From NCBI GenBank assembly GCA_002633005.1, contig NMRA01000058.1, forward strand, positions 287,585 to 351,584: a stretch of DNA of 64,000 bases. The letters are read 5' to 3'. Positions 53,444 to 64,000 of this stretch are shown here, in pieces. This DNA is from Phoronis australis. Lineage: Eukaryota; Animalia; Phoronida. The translations under genes and the position numbers were made by a program. A model generated the notes under the pieces. The model saw nothing but the letters and a program-made list of their open reading frames with translations, was not told where the DNA came from and searched no databases. Position 1 is the first letter of the stretch. Each line of letters starts with the position of its first letter.

Positions 53444-54964
53444 GTAAGAAATCAGATACGACCATATTACAAATTTACAGTGTAGAAGACATTTTCTTTC
53501 AAAACTGTTGCAAATTGAGATTTTAGAGTGCTTAATTTGTGATTTTCACTATTGTCTTTTCGTACACTGAGATTAATCTAATGTTGTAAGAATTAATTCA
53601 AGAATTACCTTGCATATTCCAATCATTTCTTTCTGGGCATCGAAGTGGCAGTTTTTTGTGTCTTTAGCTGTACCGCCTTAATCCTTTGCAAAATCTTTGT
53701 GAGATTGGGCAGGTATTTTCGGATTATAGCGACAACGGCTGATGATGAGTTTCAATCCGACTACTTCTGTGCCCCCAAATTGCAATTTTATTTTTTCACA
53801 TACCTTCAGAGTTCCTTGACAGATTTTAATGAAATTTGGCAGATAGGTTTTTTATGGAGGCTACGACACTTACCCATCAGTGTTTGTACTTATTCAACTT
53901 ATTCTACGCCCCCAGTGGCCATTTTTATGCACCCACATGTACAATTGTTGCGAGTTGCTTACGTCTAGTTCCAGATGTCCACTGCTGTACATCCAAAACC
54001 CCTTAGGTCTTCATGAAACTTGACAGATGTGTTCTTCCTATAATGATAAATGACTTTGGGACTGATCCCATTACTGCTGTGCCTCCTGGTGTCAAGTTTA
54101 GTATTTTATGTTTACCTTCGTATCTTTGGAGTACCTTGACTGATTTTCATGAAATTTGGCAAAGGTATTCTGGACGACCTAGTGGCCATTTTTGTGCACC
54201 CACATACTTATATATACCCTACTCTGGCTGACACTGATTTTCAGACGGGTCCGACTACTGTGGCGACCCTCAGTGGCAATTGACCTGTTGCCAGGATTTT
54301 GAGTGACGGCTAAACTGACTATTTAGAATGCATCATTATTGACACACCTTCATTTCCAATCCACCATTTTACCCGACAAACAACACGTTGCCGGGTAAAA
54401 CTTATTGTTTATTAGTCGACATTACGCATTCGTGGCTGTATGTGCTTAATTCTTTGGAGGATCTTTGTGAAATGTGGCAGATGATAATGGATGACACAAG
54501 TTAGATAAATTCTGCTGAAGGTATTCCCCTAGTGGCAGTTTTATTTTTTTACATTTGTCTCCGTATCCGGGTTGGATTTTCATAACATTTAACAAATAGT
54601 TTGCTATTAAAGAGGTGATATGGCCATCGGGTTTCCAGATGGATTTGACATATTCTGCGCCACCTGGTGGCAATTTAAAAAAAATTTGTGTTTTTTGATG
54701 TCCGCTTTTCTGTCCACAAAACCGCTCAAAGGATCATGAATATTGGAAATATTCCCTGATGAGATGACCACAGCTAGCACTGATTTTCAGATGGGTTTGA
54801 CAACTGTGGGAGCCCCTAATGGCATTTTTGTGTCCAAAGCTGTATCTTCTCAAGTCTTTGGAGGATCTTTGTGAAATGTAGTAGATATGTTCCTGTGGTG
54901 ATGATAACAGCAACGAGTTTCAGACATATCCGACTACAGGTGTGCCCTCTATTTGCAGTTTTAA

Positions 54965-55545
54965 TTCTTACGTTTGCCATTTCCAGTCTTCCCAAACCAA
55001 TGAAAACTTTGAAGTAAAACATTATTCTGATTGCACCACCAACAATATTATTTACCTTATAACTTGTAAAAAATGTTCTATCCAATACGTAGGACAAACT
55101 CAACATAATCTACAAACTCGATTTCGTAATCATAGATTTTACGTAATACATAAAAACATTTCTGATACTATAGGTAATCATTTCAATTCCAAAAAACATA
55201 ATATTCAAGATCTTTCTATGCAAATAATAGAAAAACTCCACCCCAGTACCCCTCACAGACTCAAAAGAGAACAATATTGGATAGACAAGCTCAATACAAT
55301 AGAACCTCATGGATTGAACATAAAAACTTCTTAAAATATGTCATTGTTTTTTACGCAAAAATGTTTCATATTCATTACACCATATCTTAAATGTCAATTA
55401 TCATATGGTGTTTGATTTTACTTTATTTCTGTTTCTGTTGACAAAGGACGTTATTACATCCGAAAATTTCAGTTGATCCATTCTTGTTGTTTTATTAACC
55501 TATTTATATGATACTAACAAACATTACAAGGAGCATACCTTTTGC
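54965..55545 (+). mobile_element. Penelope-like element 3' fragment (Neptune/Naiad-type GIY-YIG endonuclease, open to stop at 55334)
   Basis: CTTNNIIYLITCKKCSIQYVGQT...RFRNH...HF...REQYWIDKLNTIEPHGLN: GIY-YIG with CxxC insert and GLN tail. Confidence 0.9.
55435..55472 (+). ncRNA. Minimal type I hammerhead ribozyme-like motif (U3:A8 core variant)
   Basis: CTG-TTGACAA-A-GGACGT-tatt-ACATCC-GAAA-ATTT-CAG: stem I CTG/CAG, stem II 5 of 6 paired, palindromic AAATTT in place of stem III; 100 nt after the PLE stop codon. Confidence 0.65.
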
Positions 55546-55719
55546 AGTGTAGTCGCGGGTGCTTTTCAATGCTTTGTGTTGCTCTTATTTAATTAGTTTC
55601 AATATTTTCCATGTGGACTATCCTTTTCAGATATGTGGGAAATAAATTACTGCAAAAATATATTCGTCTGGTTTGTCTTTACACAAGAAAATAATTGCAG
55701 CATAAAAATGTGAGCAAAG

Positions 55720-58700
55720 GCGGCTAGGGATAACGTGGTCACTCTGTGACAAATGCTCATGTTTTAGATTTTTTTCTAATTTCTGAAAGCCTTTTAGCCG
55801 ATATTGAAGACTCCATCGTAGAATTCGGTTACCGGTCCGATCATTCAATGGTAACGATTTTTTTTAAAGGTGATGGTTCCAGGAGGAGGAAATCATTTTG
55901 GAAGTTTAATAACTCCCTCCTAAAAACTGAGTATATTGCTGCAGCCAAGGATACTATTAAATTAGTTAAAAAGCAGTATATGACGGACGATATTCATACA
56001 GTTAATAGTATAAGTAATTCAGATTTACAATTGTCTATAAATGATTAACTTTTTCTTGAAACGTTGTTGATGGAGATTTGCGGCAAAACAATTTCCTTTG
56101 CTACTTACTTAAAAAGAAAAAGTGACAAAGCTGAACAGCAACTTATTGAAGAAATAAGTTTGTTGGAAAAAAGTCAAGGCCTTGATAGGGAACTACTGGA
56201 ACAAAAAATAATCAACTTGCCGAGCGAGGCAAAATAAGTTAAGGGGTCTTATGATTAGGTTGAAGAAGATGAAAAACCTTCCAAATATATTCTTCACTTG
56301 GAAAATAGGCATTACACAAGTAAGTTTATGCCTTTTTTGTGGAAATCTGACAATACTAAAACCATTAGTGAAGAAGAGGTTATTCAGGAAACCAAATTTT
56401 TTATGAAAAGCTATACAAATATAGACATTCTAACAATACTGCTTTAGAGACTTTTCTTGATAAGGTTTGTGTCTCCAAACTGAATGAGTCAGAAAAAGAA
56501 AAATTAGGTCTTCTTACATATGACAAAGTCACACAATGCTTGAAAAAAATGAAAAACAACAAGAGCTCAGGCTCTGACGGTTTTTCAGTGGAATTTTTAA
56601 AGTTGTTTGGGCTGACATTGGACATTTCGTTGTTTGCTCACTTAATACTAGTTTTGCAGTTGGCCAGTTATCATCAACATAGAAAGAGGGAGTGATTACC
56701 TGCATCCCTAAGGGAGCTCAGATAAACTGGAGACCCATATCCTTACTCAATGTGACATATAAACTGGCTTCTTCGGCTGTGGCTGAATGGGTGAAACCCG
56801 TTTTGGGAAAACTAATCAGTAAGGACCAGACAGGTTTCGTTTCAGGAAGAAATATGATCGAAAATATCCGCGTGCTATATGATTTAATGCTTTATGTCCA
56901 GGCAGCTAACAAACCTGGATTGCTTTTACTGATTAATTTTGGGAAAGCATTTGATTCATTGTCGTGGAATTTTATTCAAAAAACTTTATCTTTCCTTAAT
57001 TTTGGTTGGTCGATGAGAAGGTGGGTGAAAGTCTTTTACAGTAATATTAAGTACTGTGTTGTCGTAAATGGTTACCCATCTTCCTGGTTCAATATTTCGC
57101 GTGGCTGCAGACAAGGTGACCCTTTGTCTCCCTACATTTTCATATTGTGCGCAGAGATTTTGGCGTATTTAATTAAGAATAATAAAAATATTGCTGGTGT
57201 AGTTGCAGGAAATAAGGAATGATTCCTGCAAAAGAAAGTCTGTCTTGGACAAAAAATCTTTTAGAATTTTGGGAGTGGATTTTGACACTCAATTGGATAG
57301 TATGACGCATAAGACTTCACTGCAAGAATAACTGAGATTAAGCTTTTATTGAAAAGTCGGAGTCGACGAAATTTAACGCCGTTTGGTAGAGTAACGGTAA
57401 TTAAAACATTAGCTATATTCTAAACTTAATTTTTTGTTGTCAAGTTTACCAAATCCACCAGTAAAAGTCTTGGATGAATTGAATACAACATTTTTTAGAT
57501 TTTTGTGTGGCAGACTCGTCATGATAAAATTAAATGAACCACGGCCTGTTTAGGACTTGATCAAGGGGGAATTCAAATGATTAATATGTATACTTTCAGC
57601 AAAGCTTTAAAACTCGCTATGGCCCATAGATATCTTGAAAGCCCTGCGTCTAAAAGTGGTGAATTACTGTACTCACTCTACCCATTTTTAAAGACTTGCT
57701 TCATTTGGAGATGACTTTATTAAGTCAAAGTTTGCTCTAATTGGTAATTCTTACTGGCGCGAAGTATTTGGAAGTATGACATCTTTCTACAAGAAAATAA
57801 TTGTTGCAAGTAAGGAGGACTTTTTGAATCAACCTTTGTGGTTTAATAGTAACTTCGCGATCGGAGGCAGAAGTGTTTTTTATAAGCCTCGGTTTGTAAA
57901 AGACTTAAGATTTATTAGAGATATGTATACCTCTGACGGTGATTTCGTTAGTTTGAACCATATGAAAAATAAGTTCGATGTAAAAACCAACTTTGTAGAA
58001 TATAATGGTGTTGTTTCCGTTCTAAGAAGGTTTCAAAAAAGTCTATTTCAAAGTAAATTTAACAGACAGTGTTAATGTCTACGCTGCCTGCATGCCTTCA
58101 GCAATCACTTACGGAAAGATTTGAAGGGTTGTAGACATATTTGTTCAGTATTTAATGACATTAAGAAACCTTCTAAGTCAGAGAGTAAATGGGAAATAAA
58201 GTTAGGAGATAGTTTAGACTGGAATTACAAAGGTCATCCCAACATTAGATGGCTCCAATTTAGGATACTACACAGGATTATTGCAACAAATACCTTTTTA
58301 GTCAAAATCCATGTTCGGGATTCTAATTTATGTTCCTTTTGTAATAAAGCTTCAGAGACGCTGTCACACCTTTTTATGCGCCCACATATTTATATGTGGA
58401 CGCATTATGCCGTCATCTCTGTCCGTCCATCCGTCCGGGCAGCGTCCGTCCGGCGTCCGCTGCGTTATCTCCAAAACCCTTTGACATACGTTCATGAAAT
58501 TTGGCACATATGTTCCATTCATGAATGGGACGGCATGTGCGAACTTTCGGACGGATCCGACTACCGGTGTGCCCCCTAGTGGCAATTTTAGTTTTTTACG
58601 CTTCCCTTTATATCTTCAAAAGTCCTGAATGGATTTTCATGAAATATGATATGTAGGCACCTATTAGTGAGATGACGCTTTCCTTCCGTTTTCAGATGGA

Positions 58701-59975
58701 TTTGACATAGTTTGCGCCGCCTAGTGGCCATTTTTAGTGTTTTAGAGTCTGTTTTTGTGCGTCCACCCCTCTATCAACCAAACCGCTCAAAGGATTATTG
58801 TGAAAATTGGCATGTATATGCTTACTATGTAGAGGACGGTTGATGATGATTTTCCGACGATTTGGAGTACTGTAGCGCCTCCTAGTGGAATTTTTTTTTT
58901 TTTGCGCTTATGGCTGTATCTCCTAAACCGTTCGCAGGATCTTTACGAAATTGTGTAAGTATATTTATATGATGTTGACAACAGATGACAACTTTTGGAC
59001 GGATCCAACTACCGGTGTGCCCCCTAGTGGCAATTTTAGTTTTTTACGCTTACCTTTGTATCTTCAAAAGTCCTGAACGGATTTTTATGAAATTTGGTAT
59101 GTAGGCACCTATTAGTGAGGTGACACTATCCTCCTGTTTTCAGATGGATTCGACATAGTTTGCGCCACCCAGTGGCCATTTTTACTATTTTCGAGTCTGT
59201 ATTTTTGCGTCCACCCGTCTATCAACCAAACCGCTCAAAGGATGATTGTGAAAATTGGCATGTATGTTCTTACTATGAAGAGGACGGTTGACGCTGAATT
59301 TCTCACGACTTTGATTACTGTGGCGCCTCCTAGTGGCAGTTTTTTTTTTGCGCCCATGGCTGTATCTCCCAAACCGTTTGCAGGATCTTTACTAAATTTA
59401 GCAAGTGTATTTATGTGATGTTGACAACGGACGATGATGACTTTAGGATGATTCTGACTACCGGTATGCCTCTAGTGGCAATTTTAGTATTTTACATTGA
59501 CCTCTGTATTTTCATAGATCTTCAGGTGTATACTTTGTGTTGCTTCGTGACTATGAAGGAAAAGTTCCTAGTAGAAATTTGTTTCTGGCATTCTAATGCT
59601 GTGCTAATCTCGTATGTTGTTAAATTTGTTTTTAATTCTATGCTTCTGTGGTGCTTTAAGCAACTGATGTATAGGATGTGGTTGTATTACGAAGATCACT
59701 CACATTTTGCCCCTAGCCGATTGAGAAGACAATGACCATGCCTTTCCATTTTGTAAAGTACAACATACTACATATATGCCCTCTACTGGCCACTTTATGG
59801 TACCAGTAAACAACCCTAGAAGGGTACCGTATACGATGCAATTGTGGGTGCATTTCAACGCTCTGCGTTGCTCTTGTTTGGGAATGCTGCACTGTACAAG
59901 ATTTCTGGAAGGAATTCGGACAGCTAATGTCAAAGTGTCGCATTCAGCTTTCCAACATTCTCTCTTACGATAGAG
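55720..59975 (+). mobile_element. L1/Tx1-clade LINE ORF2, degenerate (endonuclease end, RT, C-terminal CCHC), split by HINE copy 5
   Basis: LDFFLIS...SDH...WKFNNSLL; WRPISLLN, DQTGF, KAFDS, RGCRQGDPLSPYIF; CSFCNKASETLSHLF ends at 58375 and resumes as WECCTVQDFW at 59879. Confidence 0.92.
58371..59879 (+). mobile_element. HINE copy 5, full length, with 448-bp higher-order satellite
   Basis: 5' hairpin atgcgcccacatat..atgtggacgcat, gtcc microsatellite, subterminal IR gcgcccaca/tgtgggtgc, 3' hairpin caacgc-tct-gcgttg; inserted in a T-run with no clear TSD. This is the DINE-1/HINE architecture. Confidence 0.9.
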
Positions 59976-60831
59976 TTATTCTTGTACTTTACGAGACGCA
60001 TGATTTTCTTACATTTTGCTTCTAACAGCCAAGCAGTACATTTACAAGGAGAGATGTCACAAAAATATTACCTAATTTTCACAGGTTTATTACAATGCTG
60101 AAAAATTAATTGCATACAAAAACTTTGTATATGACAGCTTCTCTGCGAAATGGGAAAATTTCGTTGTTCACGTTAACTACATGTAGAAGTAATTTTGTGC
60201 ACATACACTTAGGTTACTGCACTCTAATCAAAACTCTGATTGCCGTTACACAAAAATGTACTTTGTGATATAAAATTTTATTAAAATGCCTTCAGACAGG
60301 TTTTTTCGCCAGTATATAGGGTGTCATACATTCAAACTCAAGGGTTTTCAATTGGGAACTCAAAACTAAGCCAGTGGGCAATAATCTGAATATGAAATAA
60401 TTTTATGAAGAGTGGCAGGATGCTTCCCGAGCAGTTGATGCAAGTTAATACTACATTTACATCGAGTTTGGGTTCAAGGTGCTGCTGAAACTTTTTTGCA
60501 AAGTAATCTAGTTTCATACCTTGTTCGACTGAAAATTTTTGCGGGATGACTTTTGCAAAGACCTGAACACTTGGAAAGAGGCCTCAGTTGTATAAATTGT
60601 GGGTGGGTGTTAAATTTAGCGTGGACATTTTTAAAGTATGCAGATATTTCAATGTTTTGTTGGTGGCATAAAGCTGAAGTTTATCTTAAGTTTTCGTGAT
60701 CATGTAGACTGTTGTACATTGATGTGGTAAGTTTAGACTTACCTTTGTGGCAAGCTTGCTGGATTAATTCACTTACTGCTTATAGTCATGTAAAACTAAA
60801 AGTTTCAAACTTATTATGTAACATTTTTCAG

Positions 60832-60941
60832 GGATGTTTGACTGCCTGTGAATTCTTACTGTTAAACAGTGCCAAGGTAGACAGGAAAGATTTACGTGGG
60901 CGAACACCTCTTCATCATGCTGCTATTATGGGTCACACTGG
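60832..60941 (+). CDS. ACAP: ACAP exon, ankyrin repeats
   Basis: tttttcag|...|gtaaat; GCLTACEFLLLNSAKVDRKDLRGRTPLHHAAIMGHT(G). Phase 0-2; the gene continues beyond the window. Confidence 0.96.
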
Positions 60942-61341
60942 GTAAATAAAACCTCATATTAAACAAACATAGGGGAGAGTGGGGTAAAACGGCCCACCGA
61001 GTAAGACAGCTACTTCCTCAGTTTTCTAGCTTAACAAGGCTGGCGCCAGGTGGCTTCTACACCGTTTTATTGCTCGACCGATAGGGGTCGTAACCACATA
61101 TTGGCTCGAATCTAGCAGAACTGCAGAGGACATAAGTTGTGGCATGAAATATTTGATGCCCCTCGAAGTTAGGTGAGTACCTCCCTTTCGTAACATATTT
61201 AAAAAATGTAATGTACAAAATAAACTTGATTGTGTGATTAAGCTTAACAGTAATGCCTTGTGAATGAGAAAATGACAGCAAAATTTAAAATGACCTTAAC
61301 TAGTTTTCTCTGTGCATGCTTGATTGTGGTGACATCCTTAA

Positions 61342-61587
61342 CGGGTAAGACGGACAGCTGGGTAGTGGGATAAGACGGACAGCTGGGTAGTGGGATAAGA
61401 CGGACAGCTGGGTAGCGGGATAAGACGGACAGCTGGGTAGCGGGATAAGACGGACAGCTGGGTAGCGGGATAAGACGGACAGCTGGGTAGCGGGATAAGA
61501 CGGACAGCTGGGTGGGTAGTGGGATAAGACGGACAGCTGGGTAGTGGGATAAGACGGACAGTTGGGTAGTGGGATAAGACGGACAGG
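61342..61587 (+). repeat. 25-bp tandem repeat, 10 copies (GGGATAAGACGGACAGCTGGGTAGY), inside the transposon
   Basis: Directly visible; each unit contains a TIR-like GGRTAAGACGG motif. Confidence 0.95.
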
Positions 61588-61656
61588 GTGACCGTTTTAC
61601 CCCATACATATTTAATAGAGTGGCAGAAATAATTTTTGATGTTTTGTTTTTAGATA

Positions 61657-63727
61657 ATGCCGCGGAAATATATAAGAACGTCTACAAGAAATGCGTGGGA
61701 AAGTGAGGACATGGAGAAGGCAATAGCCGCGATGAGAAGGGGAGAGATGGGCTGTAAAATTGCTGCAAGGCAGTTTGGAGTACCGAGAACTACTCTGAAG
61801 CGTAGATTTAAAGACCAGAATGTTCGGGCGAAAGGATCCTTCAAAGTTCTTGGTCGTTTCACAGTAAGTAATAAAATAAATTACAATGAAAATTTGTTTT
61901 AATGTTGATATTTATGTCAACTATGAGACAAATTAAATGGTTGATAAAGCGAGAATTGCAGTTTAAATAGACTGACTGTCTCGGTATATGGTTTGAGTTT
62001 TTCGTGTGAGGTGATGGTTTTTCAACCGCATTGGGATATTGAAGTTCCGCTAAAAGAGGTGATATATCACTATAAATTACATTTCGCGCAAGATATAGTG
62101 CGTATAACTTGTATAGCCCAATTTTATAATTATTTGTATTACAGACCACCTTTACACCAGAGATGGAGCGTGAATTGGCGCAGCATGTATTCAGGCTTGA
62201 AGAAACAATGTTTGGCATTAAGGACATCCGACTTCTTGCTTATCGGCTGGCAGAGAAAAATGGAGTACCACATCGATTCAGTAACAACATGGCTGGAAAG
62301 GGTTTATGGGTTTTTATCTCGGCATACTGAGCTTGCCATCCGTACACCACAGGCAACGTCAGCTTTAAGAGCACGTGCGTTCAACAAGGTTATCGTCTCT
62401 AAGTTTTTTGATGTCCTTGAGAAACTAATGGATGACTTCAACTTTGCACCTGACCGTGTTTACAACGTGGACGAGACGGGACTCTCCACCGTACAATCCA
62501 GGCCTTCGCAAATTATAGCGCTTAAAGGAAAGAAACAAGTCGGAAGCATCACATCGGCGAAACGCTGTCAACTAGTGAAGTTGAAATCTGTATGAGTGCC
62601 ACGGGCACATATGTGCCTCCCATGTTTGTTTTTCCGTGCCAGCGAATGAAAATGGAGCTTATGAATGTAGCACCACACGGGTCCATCTACACTTGTCACA
62701 AAAGTGGTTAGATACAAACTGAAAGCTTTTTCCAGTGGTTCCAACACTTTGTAACAGTTGTTGGAGCAACGAAAGAAAACCCAGTAATGTTGGTGCTAGA
62801 TGGGCACTCGTCACACACGACCAACATAGATCTCATTAACTACGCAAGAGACCATGGTGTGCATATGCTGTGCCTTCCTGCTCACTGCACGCATCGGTTG
62901 CAGCCGCTCGATGTATCATTCAGTGAAACCGCTATCCACGTATTACAACCAGGCGATAGAAGTTTGGATGCAAAACAATCCAGGGAGAACAGTAACAACG
63001 TTTCAAGTTGCCAAACTGTTCAACGAGGCATACCTGAAGTCCACGACAGGTCTTATTGCTGCAAATGGTTTCAGGAAAACAGGCATTTATCCAGTCAATC
63101 GCCATGTTTTCCAGGATCATGGTTTTGCACCTTTATTTGTCACTGACAATACTTGCCACCAAGAAGAGGATATTGTCGTTGACTACCAATCTGATGAGCA
63201 AGCACCTGCTGATGCCAGCCTCCAGTCGTCAGAAAACGACGAGAGGTTTAAATGAAACGGCCTATGATTCGTTTGGCAATAAACTCCCAAGAACAAGCCA
63301 TGAAACCAGGTATGTGTCTCCAGCCAACATACTTCAGGTACCGCATGCACAACCATATCGAGGGAAGGTAAAGGGCAAAGGCAAGTGCTCAAGCAGCTCA
63401 GCAACTCTTCTTACTAGCAGTCCGTACAAGAAATCGCTCACTGAAGAAATGGAAGAGCGGAAGAGAAAAGGTGAAGAAAGAAAAGGAATGACTGGTTCGA
63501 AGAAAAAGACATTTTGCATCTATGTGCAAAGCACCAAAAAAGTTAGAAGAGAAGAAAACAGTTGGCGACATCAATGGTGATGAAAGCAATGACCAGGCCT
63601 GCATATTATGCATACATGCGATGATGACGGCTGGATCAAGTGCTCAAGTTACGAAAAATAGGCCCATGACCAATGTGCCGGGGTAGATAGCGAAAACGAA
63701 GATTACGTCTGTTACCTCTGCCTCTAG
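61657..63727 (+). pseudogene. pogo-like transposase: psq HTH, CENP-B HTH, DDE_1 and C-terminal PHD-like finger; intron 61864-62144; inactivated
   Basis: AARQFGVPRTTLKRR; spliced LGRFT|TTFTPEMERELAQH; VYNVDETG, LVLDGHSSH, LQPLD; C-terminal CILC...WIKC...AHDQC...YVCYLC. Frameshifts and in-frame stops (e.g. SG*IQ at ~62709). Confidence 0.9.
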
Positions 63728-64000
63728 CGACTGTTCGTGGTGGAAAAATTATTGTTAGTTGTTACATTAAATGTAAACTGCCAGTTTCGTCATGTTAAGT
63801 TTTTAAAAGCTAAGAACGCATATTGTATAATGTATGATTTAAAAATAAAGAAGAAAAAGACTTGTTATGAAATTCCGTTGTATAAATCGATGATTACATT
63901 TAATCTGTGTTCATAGTAGCAGGACCGTTTTACCCAACTGCAGTGACCGTCTTAACCGCAAGGTAGGGTAAAACAGCCCAGCACGCCATAAAAAGTCAAA

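Larger units (their letters stand above)
53640..55590 (+). mobile_element. HINE copy 4 (old, diverged) with nested PLE fragment
   Basis: Degenerate satellite subunits 53640-54960; family 3' terminus gcgggtgcttttcaatgctttgtgttgctcttattt at ~55556-55590. Confidence 0.7.
60972..64000 (+). mobile_element. pogo/Tigger-family DNA transposon (right TIR not reached within the window)
   Basis: TA|GGGGAGAGTGGGGTAAAACGGCCC left end; the same motif inverted (accgttttaccc) at ~61592 and ~63924; contains a transposase pseudogene. Confidence 0.9.

Noticed and set aside
61342-61587. CRISPR-like array
   Set aside because: Units are head-to-tail with no unique spacers, no cas genes, eukaryotic context.

Overview
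AT-rich, repeat-dense eukaryotic (invertebrate-like metazoan) genomic DNA, not prokaryotic. The window lies inside one large + strand gene: ten GT-AG exons (3188-60941) join phase-compatibly into the PH, ArfGAP zinc-finger and ankyrin parts of an ACAP/centaurin-beta (BAR-PH-ArfGAP-ANK) protein. The BAR exons and the C-terminal exons were not found here and presumably lie outside the window. The introns are full of transposon debris: two Penelope-like fragments each followed by a hammerhead-like ribozyme with a covarying core, L1/Tx1, CR1, RNase H-bearing LINE and BEL/Pao remnants, several MITE families, a 4.3 kb TIR element with apparent spliced cargo, a pseudogenised pogo/Tigger transposon, and five co-oriented Helentron-like non-autonomous elements whose internal satellite carries a CTCF-consensus motif every ~145-160 bp. 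There is a 904-N assembly gap at 22943-23846. All calls come from manual reading; no database searches were run and repeat boundaries are approximate.
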